Part shown: one piece after another, positions 1 through 12,975 of the stretch
Position numbering within the stretch: position 1 is the first letter of the stretch
How the letters are laid out: every line of letters starts with the position of its first letter
Assembly (NCBI RefSeq): GCF_009914755.1
Contig: NC_060929.1
DNA: 64,000 nucleotides
Origin: the human T2T-CHM13v2.0 reference genome, Homo sapiens
Direction: 5' to 3' (one strand)
Notes under the pieces: generated by a model
Told to the model about the DNA's origin: nothing
The model's input: the letters and a program-made list of their open reading frames with translations, nothing else
Databases searched by the model: none
Made by a program: the position numbers and the translations under genes

Positions 1-1555
1 TATTAAAATACACCTCCAGAAAACATAAAAATACATACATATACACAAACTGATTACAGCATTAATGTAATTGAAAAATGTTGGGAACTACTTAAATATC
101 TAAGCATAAGAAGTTGTATGAATAAACTATGGAACATCCACACAACTGGGTATTATATAGATGCTTTTAAAAAAGAATGAGAAAAAATTTCATATTAACT
201 GATATGGTATGATTTCTAGAAGACATTGCTTACTGAAAGAACAAGTACAAGACGTTATATATATGTACACACACACACTGTATATAAGATATTCACATAT
301 ACAGTATATATACACACATATATACATACACACAGAGACCCAGATATGTGTGTGTGTGTATATATATACACACACACACATACATACATACATACATATT
401 AATGTTGCCTTTTGTGTAACAAAAAGACAAAACCAGAAAACAATGAAACCCTTTACCTACTAAAGGGATGGGAGAAAAACATGCAGAAGGGATATGGGAG
501 TGAGTGATACCTCTCCAAATATATCTTTTAGTATTATTTTGATTCTTGGAAGCATGCTAATGTTCTACATGTTTTTTAAAAAATTAAATCAATAGGGGTG
601 AGAAGAGAAAAAAGAAGTCCTAAAATGTAAAGCAAACTGGACCAAATGGTCCCGCATGTATTTTAAATGAATACCATAACCACAATGAAGAGGAAAAAAA
701 GAATGAATTTATCCTAGTTACTTTGAACCCACTATTTTACTTTTTACCTAGTCTTGGATTGGGTGGGATAGTGGGAGAGAATTTCAAACAAATCCTTAAC
801 TCTTTTTCGTAGCATTTTAAAATATAGTGGTACGGGCAACAAAATTCTGAAACAAATTTGGATGTATTATAAGATTGAGCAAATGAATAAATGTATTGAT
901 ATTGTTAAGATTCAGAGTTTTTACTGAAGAAGAAGGGACAAACTAATATGGAACATGGAAAGGAAAGAAATAACTTTTGTGGGGCGAACTGGAATCGGAG
1001 GAATAAATGTAAACCCATTTCTAAAATATGTCTATGCGTGTCTGTATACTTGTATATTTACATATACATAAGTTTCCTAATTTTGTCCACTTAAGAGCAT
1101 GAGCAAAGACACTTCAGCATGACTATAGCACATTTAGCATCAAGATCTTGATCTGTAATATCCTCTCTCCCTGAAATGAATTAAAGCTTCTCAGAAAAAT
1201 GACTGAGCTTAGGGCTAGGGCAGGGTAAATATGAGATCAGTCTAGAACATCTTGATATACTAGAAAGCAAGAACACATTACAAAAGGATAATGAACAAGA
1301 ACACAGGATCCAAATTAAAGGGGCTGCCACTTGTCAAATCTGAAAAAATTAAACAAAAATTTCTGTACAGTAACAAAATATAAACCATTGGAGTGAAAAA
1401 TAAGAACTCATGAATCTATACTGATAATAAATAGAGATAAACAATGGGGAAGAGATGAGGGCTCTTGCTTGTAAAATGCCAAATCCTGAGTGGTAAATAC
1501 AGAAAGAATGCTAGAATTGGAAAATCAGAAATTTGTGATCATTATAGGCAAGATT
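1..1555 (+). mobile_element. Old LINE-1 3' region (L1MC4-like), piece 1 of 3
   Basis: Decayed ORF2-end/3'UTR motifs (aaactatggaacatccacaca...aaaagaatgag). Ends in agaatgctagaattggaaaatcag...attatagg, which continues in register at ~18120. Confidence 0.65.
255..400. repeat. Compound (TA)n/(CA)n/(TG)n microsatellite
   Basis: Directly visible dinucleotide runs. Confidence 0.9.
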
Positions 1556-2095
1556 TAATTAGGAAGCAGGAATTCTGAAATGCCTATATGAGAAAGTTAA
1601 CAGATCCTCTTCTCAAAGAAACAGTGATAAAATTGGATGAATACATAAATTAGTTAATTAATAATAAAAAATAAAGTCTCTAGAAACTGACCACAGGGCA
1701 TGTAACAAATTGAAAAACATCTGCTCAGAAAATCTGCTGCATCTCAGTAAGAAAAGTGTGAGTCTGTGTCATTCATGCCAGGGGTTGCTCCTATCTTCTC
1801 CATCTCCATGTTGCAGAAATTCTATACTGTGCAGATGGGCAGGCCATGAGGACTGGTAGCTACCATCCTCCCTCAGCAGTTCCAGACATAGCACACAGGT
1901 GTCACTCCAGGAGAGGCTGCAGCAGGTTGGGAAGAGCAGTAGCTCTCATTCCTACCCTCATGGCTCTGCCTTGTGTTGTGACAGGTCTGTCCAGGATGGA
2001 CATAGCATGATGTAAGAGTGGCAGCTCCTTGACCCTGCCCGACAGGGTTAACTTTATTAGCAACAGAACATGAAAAAAGCAGGGACACTATTTAA
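1556..2095 (+). mobile_element. Old L1M (L1MB/L1M4-type) 5' UTR fragment
   Basis: Resembles recalled L1M 5' ends (ctagaaactgacc...aaatctgctgcatctcagtaagaaaagtgtgagtctgtg). Probable partner of 16655-18118. Confidence 0.45.
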
Positions 2096-2099
2096 AACA

Positions 2100-3186
2100 A
2101 AGAAGTGACATCTAGAAGGTGGTAGAATAGGAGGTTCCTGTATTCAAGCCCCCACAGAAACACTGATTTGAACAACCTACCCATGAGAATAATATGTTTA
2201 TGTGATGCACATAGTCCAGCTCAGAGGTTCCACCACCCTAGTGGAGCCAAAAAATCCAAGTATAGATGCATAGAAGGTAAAAAGAACAGTTTCACTTTAT
2301 GTGCATCACTCCTCCTTCAGGTAGCACAACTCTGCCAATACAGACCCCTTTAATCTACAATTTCTTTCTTGGGAAAGAGAGTGAAATAAGTGCCCAAGTT
2401 CCCCAGTCTTATGACATACTGTTCAAGAGACCCACTTCTGTATTGTCTACCCAGAACACTGAGATCAACATAGCTAAATCATCTGAAGACAACTAGGAGC
2501 AGTGAAAATGGACAGGGAATCATAGCAACCAGCATGCAGATCTCAAGAATCAGCACAGATTCTACTAACAGACACATGGACCTAAGAGCCTAACCACAAG
2601 CTCTTAGACACCTTATTGGGAGACCACCTCCTACTAACTAGCCAACAAGTGTCCCCAGCATTGTGCACCACTTTCTTTCTCCCCATAACCACTGCATGCA
2701 ATTCTCCACAGAATTCACATGGATATAAGCTGATAACTCAACTCTGCTTAGTTGGAAAAAAGCACAAAACCTTAAACATTCAAGGGCACTGTCCTATGAT
2801 AAATAAGCAGGAGACTTTCAGCACCCTATTAGATTTGCAATATTGAGAGAAAGCACACAATCCTAAGATGCCCCCTTCAAGAGAAAACAAAGGAGTAGTG
2901 GAGTAAGCACATCCAGGTAAAAGGTATGAGAAACCCCTAGATTCTAGCTGGGCTGACTGGAGAAGATATTTCTCTCCTGAAGCCAGTCAGTAAAGACTAG
3001 AGGAAGTGACTACTTCAAATGCCAAGACAGCAGTGCAAATTTCCAGAAGCATACATACAAAATCAAGGAAACATGATACCACCAGAGACAAAATAAATCT
3101 CCAGTGGCTGACCACAAATAAATGAAAATCTATGCATTACCTGAAAAAGAATTCAAAATAATCATGTTAAAGAAGTTCAGTGAGCT
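2100..3186 (+). mobile_element. L1M (L1MA-type) 5' UTR and ORF1 start, host piece 1
   Basis: gtgacatctagaaggtggtagaatagg 5' motif; aatcaaggaaacatgataccacca and cctgaaaaagaattcaaaataatc ORF1 motifs; resumes at 5996 after a TSD. Confidence 0.7.
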
Positions 3187-4595
3187 TTTTTTCTTGTACA
3201 TTTATTTATGTTCCTTGTAGATTCTGGATATTAGCCCTTTGTCAGATGGATAGATTGCAAAAACTTTCTCCCATCCTGTAGGTTGCCTGTTTACTCTGCT
3301 GATAGTTTCTTTTGCTGTGCAGAAGCTCTTTAGTTTAATTTGATCCCATTTGTCAATTTTGGCTTTTGTTGCAATTGTTTTTGGTGTTTTAGTCATGAAG
3401 TCCTTGCCCATAACTAGGTCTTCAATGGTATTGGGTAGGTTTTCTTCTAGGGTTTTCATGATTTTAAGTCTTATGTTTAAGTCTTGAATCCATCTTGAGT
3501 TAATTTTTATATAAGGTGTAAGAAAGGGGTCCAGTTTCAGTTTTCTGCATATGGCTAGCCAGTTTTCTTAATACCATTTATTAGATAGGGAATCCTTCCC
3601 CATTGCTTGTTTTTGTCAGGTTTGTCAAAGATAAGATGGTTGTAGATGTGTGGTGTTATTTCTGAGGCCTCTGTTCTGTTCCATTGGTCTGTATATCTGT
3701 TTTGGTACCAGTACCATGCTGTTTTGGTTACTGCAGCCTTATAGTTTAGTTTGAAGTCAGGTAGCCTGATGCCTTCAGCTTTGTTCTATTTGCTTAGGAC
3801 TGTCTTGGCTTATGTGGGCTCTTTTTTGGTTCCATATGAAATTTAAAGTAGTTTTTTCTAATTCTGTGAAGAAAGTCATTGGTAACATTGAATCTGTAAA
3901 TTAGTTTGGGCAGTATGGCCGTTTTCATGATATTGATTCTTCCTATCCATAATCATGGAATGTTTTTCCATTTGTTTGTGTATTGTCTTATTTCCTTGAG
4001 CAGTGGTTTGTAGTTCTCCTTGAAGAGGTCCTTCACATCCCTTGTAAATTGTATTCCCAGGTATTTTATTCTCTTTGTACCAATTGTGAATGGGAGTTCA
4101 CTCATGATTTGGGTCTCTGTATATGATTGGTGTATAGGAATGCTTGTGATTTTTGCATGCTGATTTTGTATCCTGAGACTTTGCTGAGGTTGCTTATCAG
4201 TTTAAGGAGATTTTGGGCTGAGACGATGGGGTTTTCTAAATACACACTCATGTCATCTGCAAACAGAGACAATTTGACTTCTCTTTTCCTATTTGAATAC
4301 CCTTTGTTTCTTTCTCTTGCCTGATTGCTGTGGCCAGAACTTCCAAAACTATGTTGAATAGGAGTGGTGAGAGAGGGCATCCTTGTCTTGTGCCAGTTTT
4401 GAAAGGGAATGCTTCCAGCTTTTGTCCATTCAGTGTGATATTGGCTGTGGGTTTGTCATAAATAACGCTTACTATTTTGAGATACGTTCCATCAATACCT
4501 AGTTTATTTAGAGTTCTTAGCATGAAGTGAGTTTTGAATTTTATTGAAGGCCTTTTCTGCATCTATTGAAATAATCATGTGGTTTTTGTCATTGG
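3187..4595 (-). mobile_element. L1PA7 inverted 5' segment (ORF2 remnant) of a twin-primed insertion
   Basis: Minus-strand ORF2 peptides (KTLEENL...KAKIDKWD; LFADDM; [20 protein letters not shown]). Begins directly after TSD aagttcagtgagct. Confidence 0.9.
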
Positions 4596-5440
4596 AAAGC
4601 AGACGAAGTATATGAACAGACAGACTCTTTTCAAAAGAAGACATTTATGCGGCCAACATATGAAAAAATGCTCATCATCACTGGTCCTTAGAGAAATGCA
4701 AATCAAAACCACAATGAGATACCATCTCATGCCCATTAGAATGGTGATCATTTAAAAATCAGGAAACAACAGATGCTGGAGAGGATGTGGAGAAATAGGA
4801 ATACTTTTACACTGTTGGTGGGAGTGTCAATTAGTTCAACCATTATGGAAGACAATGTGGTGCTTCCTCAAGGATCTGGAACCAGAAATACCATTTGATC
4901 CAGCAATCCCTTTACTGGGCATATACCCAAAGGATTATAAATCATTCTACTATAAAGACATATGCACACATATGTTTATTGCAGCACTATTCACAATAGC
5001 AAAGACTTGGAACTAACCGAAATGCCCATCAATGATAGACTGGATAAAGAAAATGTGGCACATATACACCATGGAATACTATGCAGCCGTAAAAAAGGAT
5101 GAGTTCATGTCCTTTGCAGGAACATGGATGAAGCTGGAAACCATTATTCTCAGCAAATTAACACAGGAACAGAAAACCAAACACCATGTGTTCTCACCCA
5201 TAAGTGAGAGTTGAACAATGAGAACACATGGACACAGGAAGGGGAACATCACACAGCAGGGCCTGTCAGGGGGTGAGGGACTAGGGAAGGGATAGCATTA
5301 GGAGAAATACCTAATGTAGATGACAGGTTGATGGGTGCAGCAAACCACTGTGGCAACTGCACGTTCTGCATATGTATCCCAGAACTTAAAGTATATTAAA
5401 AGGAGATAAAAGAACTAGGTAAAATGAAAAAAAAAGAAAA
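4596..5440 (+). mobile_element. L1PA7 3' segment (ORF2 C-terminus, 3' UTR, degenerate A-tail)
   Basis: [19 protein letters not shown] peptide; L1PA7-type 3'UTR (aatgtagatgacaggttgatggg, gttctgcatatgtatcccagaacttaaag). Confidence 0.88.
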
Positions 5441-5981
5441 TGTATTTTTTTGGTATATTTGCTAATCAAGATAGATGTTGATTGTCTATGTTATGCTGTT
5501 GTTATTCTTGTTGTTTATCCATTATTACTACTGAAGAGTAGTATTTTGACCATGCATTTACCCAATTTTCTGGATGTTGTTATTCTAACAGTTCATGTTC
5601 TGAGAGTAAAATATATTTTCTTGCTTTTCTAGTTAACATCCATGTCTTCTGTGAATAACTACAAATCAGAGTTTTTGAATCAGCTTCTTTCCTGGTTTTT
5701 TTTTCTCTTCCTTGTTTTGGTCCCCACTCAGACATCTCACACAGTAGTGAATTGTGAGAGGCCAGTCCACTCCCTCTTTTAACTTTATTGAAATACTTCT
5801 AATGTTTTTGTTGATTAGTATATTTGCAGAATTTTTCCCTTTTACTAAGAATTTTTTAATTATGCTATTTTGTATGTATAATCATCAAATATTTTATTCT
5901 AGGATTTAATGTTGTAATTTTCCTTTACTTTTTTGATTTAAAGAATAAAGTTTGAATTGTAAAAAAAAAGTATAACAAAAA
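5441..5981 (+). other. Putative 3'-transduced sequence with its own AATAAA and A-tail
   Basis: Lies between the L1PA7 tail and the second TSD copy (5982-5995). AATAAA at 5944-5949, A-rich tail 5961-5981. Confidence 0.8.
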
Positions 5982-5995
5982 AAGTTCAGTGAGCT

Positions 5996-6922
5996 ATAAG
6001 AGAGCACAGATAAGCAACTACAGAAATCAAGAAAACAATACACGAAAAATTTTCTTTAACAAAAAAATAATAATAATAAAGAACCAAACAGAAACTCTGA
6101 AGCTGAAGAATACGATGACTCAACTAAAAAATACAACAGTTTCAACAGCAGAATTGACCAAGCAGAAGAAAGAATCAGCTAACTAAATTCATGTCATTTG
6201 AAATTATTCAGTCGAGGAACAAAGTGAAAAAGAATGAAAAACAGTGAAGAAAGCCTATGGAACTTATGAAACACCATCAATTGACCAACATATCCATTGT
6301 GGGATTCTCAAAAGGAGCAAAGAAAGATAAAGGAATAGAAAGCTTATTTTTAAAAATAATGACAAAAAAATTACCAAATTTGGGGAGGGAAATGAACAGT
6401 TAGATTTATGAATCCAAAAGAACTACAAATAGACTGACCATAAAGAAGTTTTCAGCATGACATTTTATAAACAAATTGTCAAAAGTCAGTGGCTCATGCC
6501 TGTAATCCCAGCACTTCAGGAGGCTGAGGCATGCAGATCACTTGAGGTCAGGAGTTCAAGAATAGCCTGACCAAAATGGCAAAACCCCATATCTACTAAA
6601 AATCCAAAAATTAGCCAGGCGTTGTGGCACACACCTGTAATCCCAGCTACTCAGGAGGCTGAGGCAGTAGAATCACTTGAACCTGGGAGGTGGAGGTTAC
6701 AGTGAACCAAGATCACACTATTGCACTCCAGCCTGGGTGACAGAAGAATAAGACTCCATCTCAAAAAAAAAAAAAAAAAAAAAAGGTCGATGACAGAGGG
6801 AATTTTGAAAGCAACAAGAGAAAACCAATTCATTTCATGCAATCAAAATCCCCATAAGACTCTAAGCAAATTTCTCAACAGAAACCTTGCAGACCAGCAG
6901 AATGGGATAATATGTTCAAAGT
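5996..6922 (+). mobile_element. L1M (L1MA-type) ORF1 remnant, host piece 2, interrupted by an Alu
   Basis: Continues host ORF1 (KNQTETLKLKNT...; gaaaccttgcagaccag; gaatgggataatatgttcaaagt). Confidence 0.75.
6488..6784 (+). mobile_element. AluS
   Basis: Dimeric Alu, gatcacttgaggtcaggagttc, long A tail, slightly 5'-truncated. Confidence 0.93.
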
Positions 6923-9900
6923 CTGCCTGGAAACAGACTTGGGGCTATTGGCAGGCAGGGTTGAGGGTATGGTGGTAGTGAGGCTGGCCCCTGTTTGCAT
7001 GGGAACTAAGTGAGGCCTATGACGGTCAGCTTTCTCCCACTTTCCTGACAACCTGCATGACTCAGCACAGGCAGCCATAATCCTCCTAGGTACACAACTC
7101 CAGTGACCTGGGAATGTCATCCCACTCACCACAGCAGCTGCAGCAAGACCCACCCAAGGTGAGCCTGAGCTCAGACATGCCTAGCCCTGTCCCCACCTGA
7201 TGGTGCTTCCCGATCCACCCTGGTAGTGGAAGACAAAGGGAATATAATCTTGGGAGTTCCAGGGCCCTGCCCACCACCGGTCCCTCTCCGTAACTACTAT
7301 AGCTGATGCTTTCTGGAAAGCAAAAACTTCCTGGCAGGAGGCCAACCAGCACAAAAATAGAGCATTAAACCACCAAAGCTAAGGACCCTCATGGAGTCCA
7401 CTGCACACTCCACCATCTCCCCTGGAACAGGCGCTGGTATCCACAGATCAGAAACCCATAGACAGTTTACATCACAGGACTCTGTGCAGACAACACTCAG
7501 TACCAGCCCGGAGCCAGGTAGATTCACTGGGTGACTAGACCCAGAAGAGAGACAACAAACACTGCAGTTTGGCTCACAGGAAGTCACATCTATAGGAAAA
7601 AGGAGAGAATACTACATCAAGTGAACACCCCGTGGGACAAAATAATCTGAACAACAGCCTTCAGCCCTAGACCTTCCCTCTGACAGAGCCTATCCCAATG
7701 AGAAGGAACCAGAAAACCAACCCTGGTTAAATGACAAACAAGGCTCTTCATGCCCCCCAAAAAATCACACTAGTTCACCAGCAAAGGATTCAAACAAGGA
7801 AGAAACCCCTGATTTACCTGAAAAAGAATTCAGAAGGTTAGTTATTAAGCTAATCAGGGAGGGACAAGAGAAAAGTGAAGCCCAATGCAAGGAAACCCCC
7901 CAAAAAATGATATAAGAAGCAAAGGGAGAAATACTCATGGAAACAGATAGCTTAAAGAAAAAATAATAAAAAATTCAGGAAACTTTGGATCCACTTTTAG
8001 AAATGCAGAATGCTCTGGACAGTCTCAGCAATAGAATTGAATAAGTAAAAATTCAGAGCTCAAAGACAAGGCCTTCGAATTAACCCAATCCAACAAAGGC
8101 AAAGAAAAAAGAATAAGAAAATATGAACAAAGACTCCAAGAAGTCTGAGATTATGTTAAATGACCAAACCTAAGAATAATTGGTATACCTGAGGAAGAAG
8201 GTAATTCTAAAAGTCCAGAAAACATATTTGGGGGAATAATTGAGGAAAACTTCCCCAGCCTTATGAGAGACCTAGACATCCAAATACAAGAAGCACAAAG
8301 AACATCTGGGAAATTCATTGCAAAAAGATCTTCACCTAGGCACATTGTCATCAGGTTATCCAAAGTCAAGACAAAGGAAAGAATCGTAAGAGATTTGAGA
8401 CGGAAGCATCAGGTAACTTTAAAGGAAAACCTATCAGATTAACAGCATATTTCTCAGCAGAAACCCTACAAGCTAGAAAGGCTTGGGCATCTATCTTTAG
8501 CCTCCTCAAACAAAACAATTATCAGCCAAGAATTTTGTATCTAGCAAAACTAAGTATCATATATGAAGGAAAGATACAGTCGTTTTCAGACAAATGCTGA
8601 GAGAATTCACCATTACCAAACCACCACCACAAGAACTGCTAAAAGGAGCTCTAAATCTTGAAACAAATCCTGGAAACACGTCAAAATGGAACCTATTTAA
8701 AGCATAAATCACACAGGACCTATAAAACAAAAATACAAGTTAAAAATCAAAAACAAAAAACCAAAGTACACAGGCAACAAAAAGCACGATGAAAGCAATG
8801 GTACCCCACATTTTCAATACTAACATTGAATGTAAATGGCCTAAATGCTCCACTTAAAAGATACAGAACTGCAGAATGGATAAGAACTCACCAATCAACT
8901 ATCTGCTGCCTTCAGGAGACTCATCTAACACATAAGGACTCACATAAGCTTAAAGTAAAGGGGTGGAAAAAGACATTTCATGCAAACAGACATCCAAAGC
9001 AAGCAGGGATAGCTATTCTTATATCAGACAAAACAAATTTTAAGGCAACAGCAGTTAAAAGAGGCAAAGAGGGCCAGTACATAATGGTAAAAGGCCTTGT
9101 CCAACAGGAAAATATCACAATCCTAAACATATATGAACCTAACACTGGAGCTCCCTAATTTACAAAACAATTACTAACAGACCTAAGAAATCAGATAGAC
9201 AGCAACACAATAATAGTAGGGGACTTCAATACTCTACTGAAAGCACCGGACAGGTCATCAAGACAGAAAGTCAACAAAGAAACAATGGATTTAAATTATA
9301 CCTTGGAACGAATGAACTTAACAGATATATACAGAACTCATCTAACAACTGCACAATACACATTCTATTCAACAGTGCATGGAGCTTTCTCCAAGATAGA
9401 CCATATGATAGGCCATAAATTGAGCCTCAGTAAATTTAAGAAAATTGAAATTATATCAAGCACTCTCTCACACCACAGTGGAATAAAACTGGAAATCAAC
9501 TCCAAAAGGAACCTTCAAAACCATGCAAATACATGGAAATTAAATAACCTGCTCCTGAATGAGCACTGGGTCAAAAATGAAATCAAGATGGAAATTTAAA
9601 AATTTTTCAAACTGAATGACAATAATGACACAACCTATCAAAACCTCTGGGATACAGCAAAAGTGGTGCTAAGACGAAAGTTTATAGCCCTAAATGCCTA
9701 CATCAAAATGCCTGAAAGAGCACAAACAGAAAATCTAAGGTCACACCTTGAGGAACTAGAGAAATAAGAACAAACCAAACCCAAACCCAGCAGAAGAAAG
9801 GAAATAACCAAGATCAGAGCAGAACTAAATAAAATTGAAACAAAAAATATAAAAGATAAATGAAACAAAAAGCTGGTTCTTTAAAAAGATAAATAAAATT

Positions 9901-12900
9901 GATAGACCATTAGCAACATTAACCAAGAACAGAACAGAGAAAATCCAAATAACCTCACTAAGAAATGAAACAGGAGATATTACAACTGACACCACTGTAA
10001 TACAAAAAATCATTCAAGACTACTATGAACACCTTTATGCATATAAACTAGAAAACCTAGAAGTGATGGAAAAATTCCTGGAAAAATACAACCCACCTAG
10101 CTTAAATAAAGAAGAATTAGATAACCTGAACATACCAATAACAAGCAGAGAGATTAAAATGGTAATTAAAAAATTACCAACAAAAAATAGTCCAGGACCA
10201 GATGGATTCACAGAAAAATTCTACAAGATATTCAAAGAAGAATTCATACCAATCCTTTTGACACTATTCCACAAGATAGAGAAAGAAGGAACCCTCGCCA
10301 ATTCATTCTATGAAGCCAGCATCACCCCAGTACCAAAACCAGGAAAGGACATAACCAAAAAAGAAAACAACAGACTGATATCCTTGATGAACATAGATGC
10401 TAAAATCCTTAACAAAATACTAGCTAACCAAATCCAACAACATATCAAAAAGATAATCCACCATAATTAATTGGGTTTCATACCAGGGATACAGGGATGG
10501 TTTAACATATGCAAGTCAATAAATGTGATACACTACAAAAACAGAATTAAAAACAAAAATCACATGATCATCTCAATAGATGCAGAAAAAGCATTTGACA
10601 AAACCCAGCATCACTTTAGGATTAAAACTCTCAGCAAAATCAGCACACAAGGGACATAACTTAATGTAATAAAAGCCATCTATGAGAAACCCAAAGCCAA
10701 CATAATACTGAATGGGGAAAAGTTGAAAGCGTTCCTTCTGACAACTGAAACAAGAAAGGATGTCCACTCTCACCACTCCTCTGCAACATGTACTGGAAGT
10801 CCCAGGCAGAGCATTCAACAAGAAAAAGAAATAAAGGGCATCCAAATTGGTAAAGAGGAAGTCATACTGCTATTGTTTGATGATGATGTGATTGTTTACC
10901 TTGAAAACCCTAAGGACTCCTCTAGAAAGCTCCTAGAATTGACAAAAGAATTCAGCAAAGTTTCCAGATACAAGATTAGTGTACACAAATCAGTAGCTCT
11001 TATATACAGCAAGAGCAACCAAGCAGAGAATTAAATCAAGAACTCGATCCCTTTTACAGTAGCTGCAAAATAAATTAATATAATACTTAGGAATATACCT
11101 AACAAAGGAGTCAAAAGATCTCTACAAGGAAAACTACAAAACACTGCTAAAAGAAATCATAGCCAACACAAGCAAATGGAAACATATCCCATGCTCATGG
11201 ATGGGTAGAATCAATATTGTGAAAATGACCATAGGACAAAAGCAATCCACAAACTCAATGTAATCTCCATTAGAATACCACCATCATTCTTCACAGAATT
11301 AGAAATAATAATTCTAAAATTCATATGAATCAAAAAAAGAGCCCACACAGACAAACAAGACTAAGCAAAAAGAACAAATCGGGAGTCATCACACTACCTG
11401 ATTTCAAACTATACTTAAGGCCATAGTCACCAAAACCCCATGGAACTGGTATAGAAACAGCATTGACAGGAACACAGACCAATGAAACAGAATAGAGAAC
11501 CCAGAAATAAACTCAAATACTTAAACAGCCAATTGATCTTTGACAAAGCAAACAAAAACATAAAGTGGGGAAAGGACACCCTTTTCAACAAATGGTGCTG
11601 GCATAATTGGCTAGCCACATGTAGGAGAATGAAACTGGATCCTCATCTCTTATTTTATATAAAAATCACCTCAAGATGGATTAAGGACTTAAACCTTAGA
11701 TCTGAAACTGTAAAAATTCTAGAAGATAACATTGGAAAAACCCTTCTAGACATCGGCTTAGGCAAGGATTTCATGACCAAGAGCCCAAAAGCAAATGCAA
11801 TAAAAACAAAGATAAATAGCTGGGACCTAATTAAACTAAGGAGTTTTGCACGGCAAAGGGAACAGTCAGCAGAGTAAACAGACAACCACAGAGTGGGAGA
11901 AAATCTTCACAATCTATACATCTAACAAATGACTAATATCCAGAATCTACAACGAACTCAAATCAGTAAGAAAAAAACAATCCCATCAAAAAGTGGGCTA
12001 AGGACCTGAATAGACAGTTTTCAAAAGAAGATATACAAATGGCAACAAATACATGAAAAAATGCCCAACATCACTAATGCTCAGGGAAATGCAAATCAAA
12101 ACCACAATGCAATACTACCTCACTCCTGCAAGAATGGCCATAATCAAAAAAATAAAAAAAAAACAGTAGATGTTGGCATGGATGTGGTGAACAGGGAACA
12201 CTTCTACACTGCTGGTGGGAATGTAAACCAGTACAGCCACTATGGAAAACAGTGTGGAGATTCCATAAAGAACTTAAAGTAGAATTACCATTTGATCCAG
12301 CAATCCCACTACTAGGTATTTATCCAGAGGAAAATAAGTCATTATTTAAAAAAGATACTTGCACATGCATGTTTATAGCAGCACAATTCACAACTGCTAA
12401 ATCATGGAACCAACTAAATGCCCATCAATCAATGAGTGGATAAAGAAACTGTGAGGTATATATATCTATATCTATATCTATATATAGATATACACATCTA
12501 TATATATATACATCTATATATACATCTATATATATATACATCTATATATATATCTATATATATATATATAGATATATATATCTCCACACACACACACATA
12601 CACGCACACACACAAAATGGAATACCATGCAGCCATCAAAAGGAATGAATAATGCATTTGCAGTGACCTGGATGAGATACTATTATTCTAAGTGATGTAA
12701 CTCAGGAATGGAAAACCAAACATCGTATGTTCTCACTGATATGTGGGAGCTAAGCTATGAGGATGCAAAGGCATAAGAATGATACAATGGACTTTGGGGA
12801 CTTGGGGGGAAGGATGGGAGGGGGTGAGGGATAAAAGACTACAAATATGGTGCAGTGTATACTGCTCGGGTGATGGTGCACCAAAAATCTCACAAATCAC

Positions 12901-12975
12901 CGCTAAAAAACTTATGTAACCAAATACCACCCATACCCCAATACCCCAATAACTTATGGAAAAATAAAAATTAAA
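6923..12975 (+). mobile_element. Near full-length L1PB1 (5'UTR truncated; ORF1 ~7698-8700 and ORF2 ~8789-12753 both disrupted)
   Basis: EN peptide NVNGLNAPLKRYR, RT peptides ([22 protein letters not shown]). L1PB1-type 3'UTR gagctaagctatgaggatgcaaaggcataagaatgatacaatggactttgggg...gggataaaagactacaaatatgg. Many stops and frameshifts. Confidence 0.88.
12456..12613. repeat. (TA/TCTA)n plus (CA)n microsatellite expanded inside the L1PB1 ORF2 end
   Basis: Directly visible. Confidence 0.9.

Noticed and set aside
190-463. ORFs rich in Y/I/H/T/C/V (also 12436-12648)
   Set aside because: Translations of TA/CA microsatellites.
12795-12830. G-quadruplex-like G-runs (also ~25540, ~31540, ~57615)
   Set aside because: Normal polypurine tract of L1 3'UTRs.
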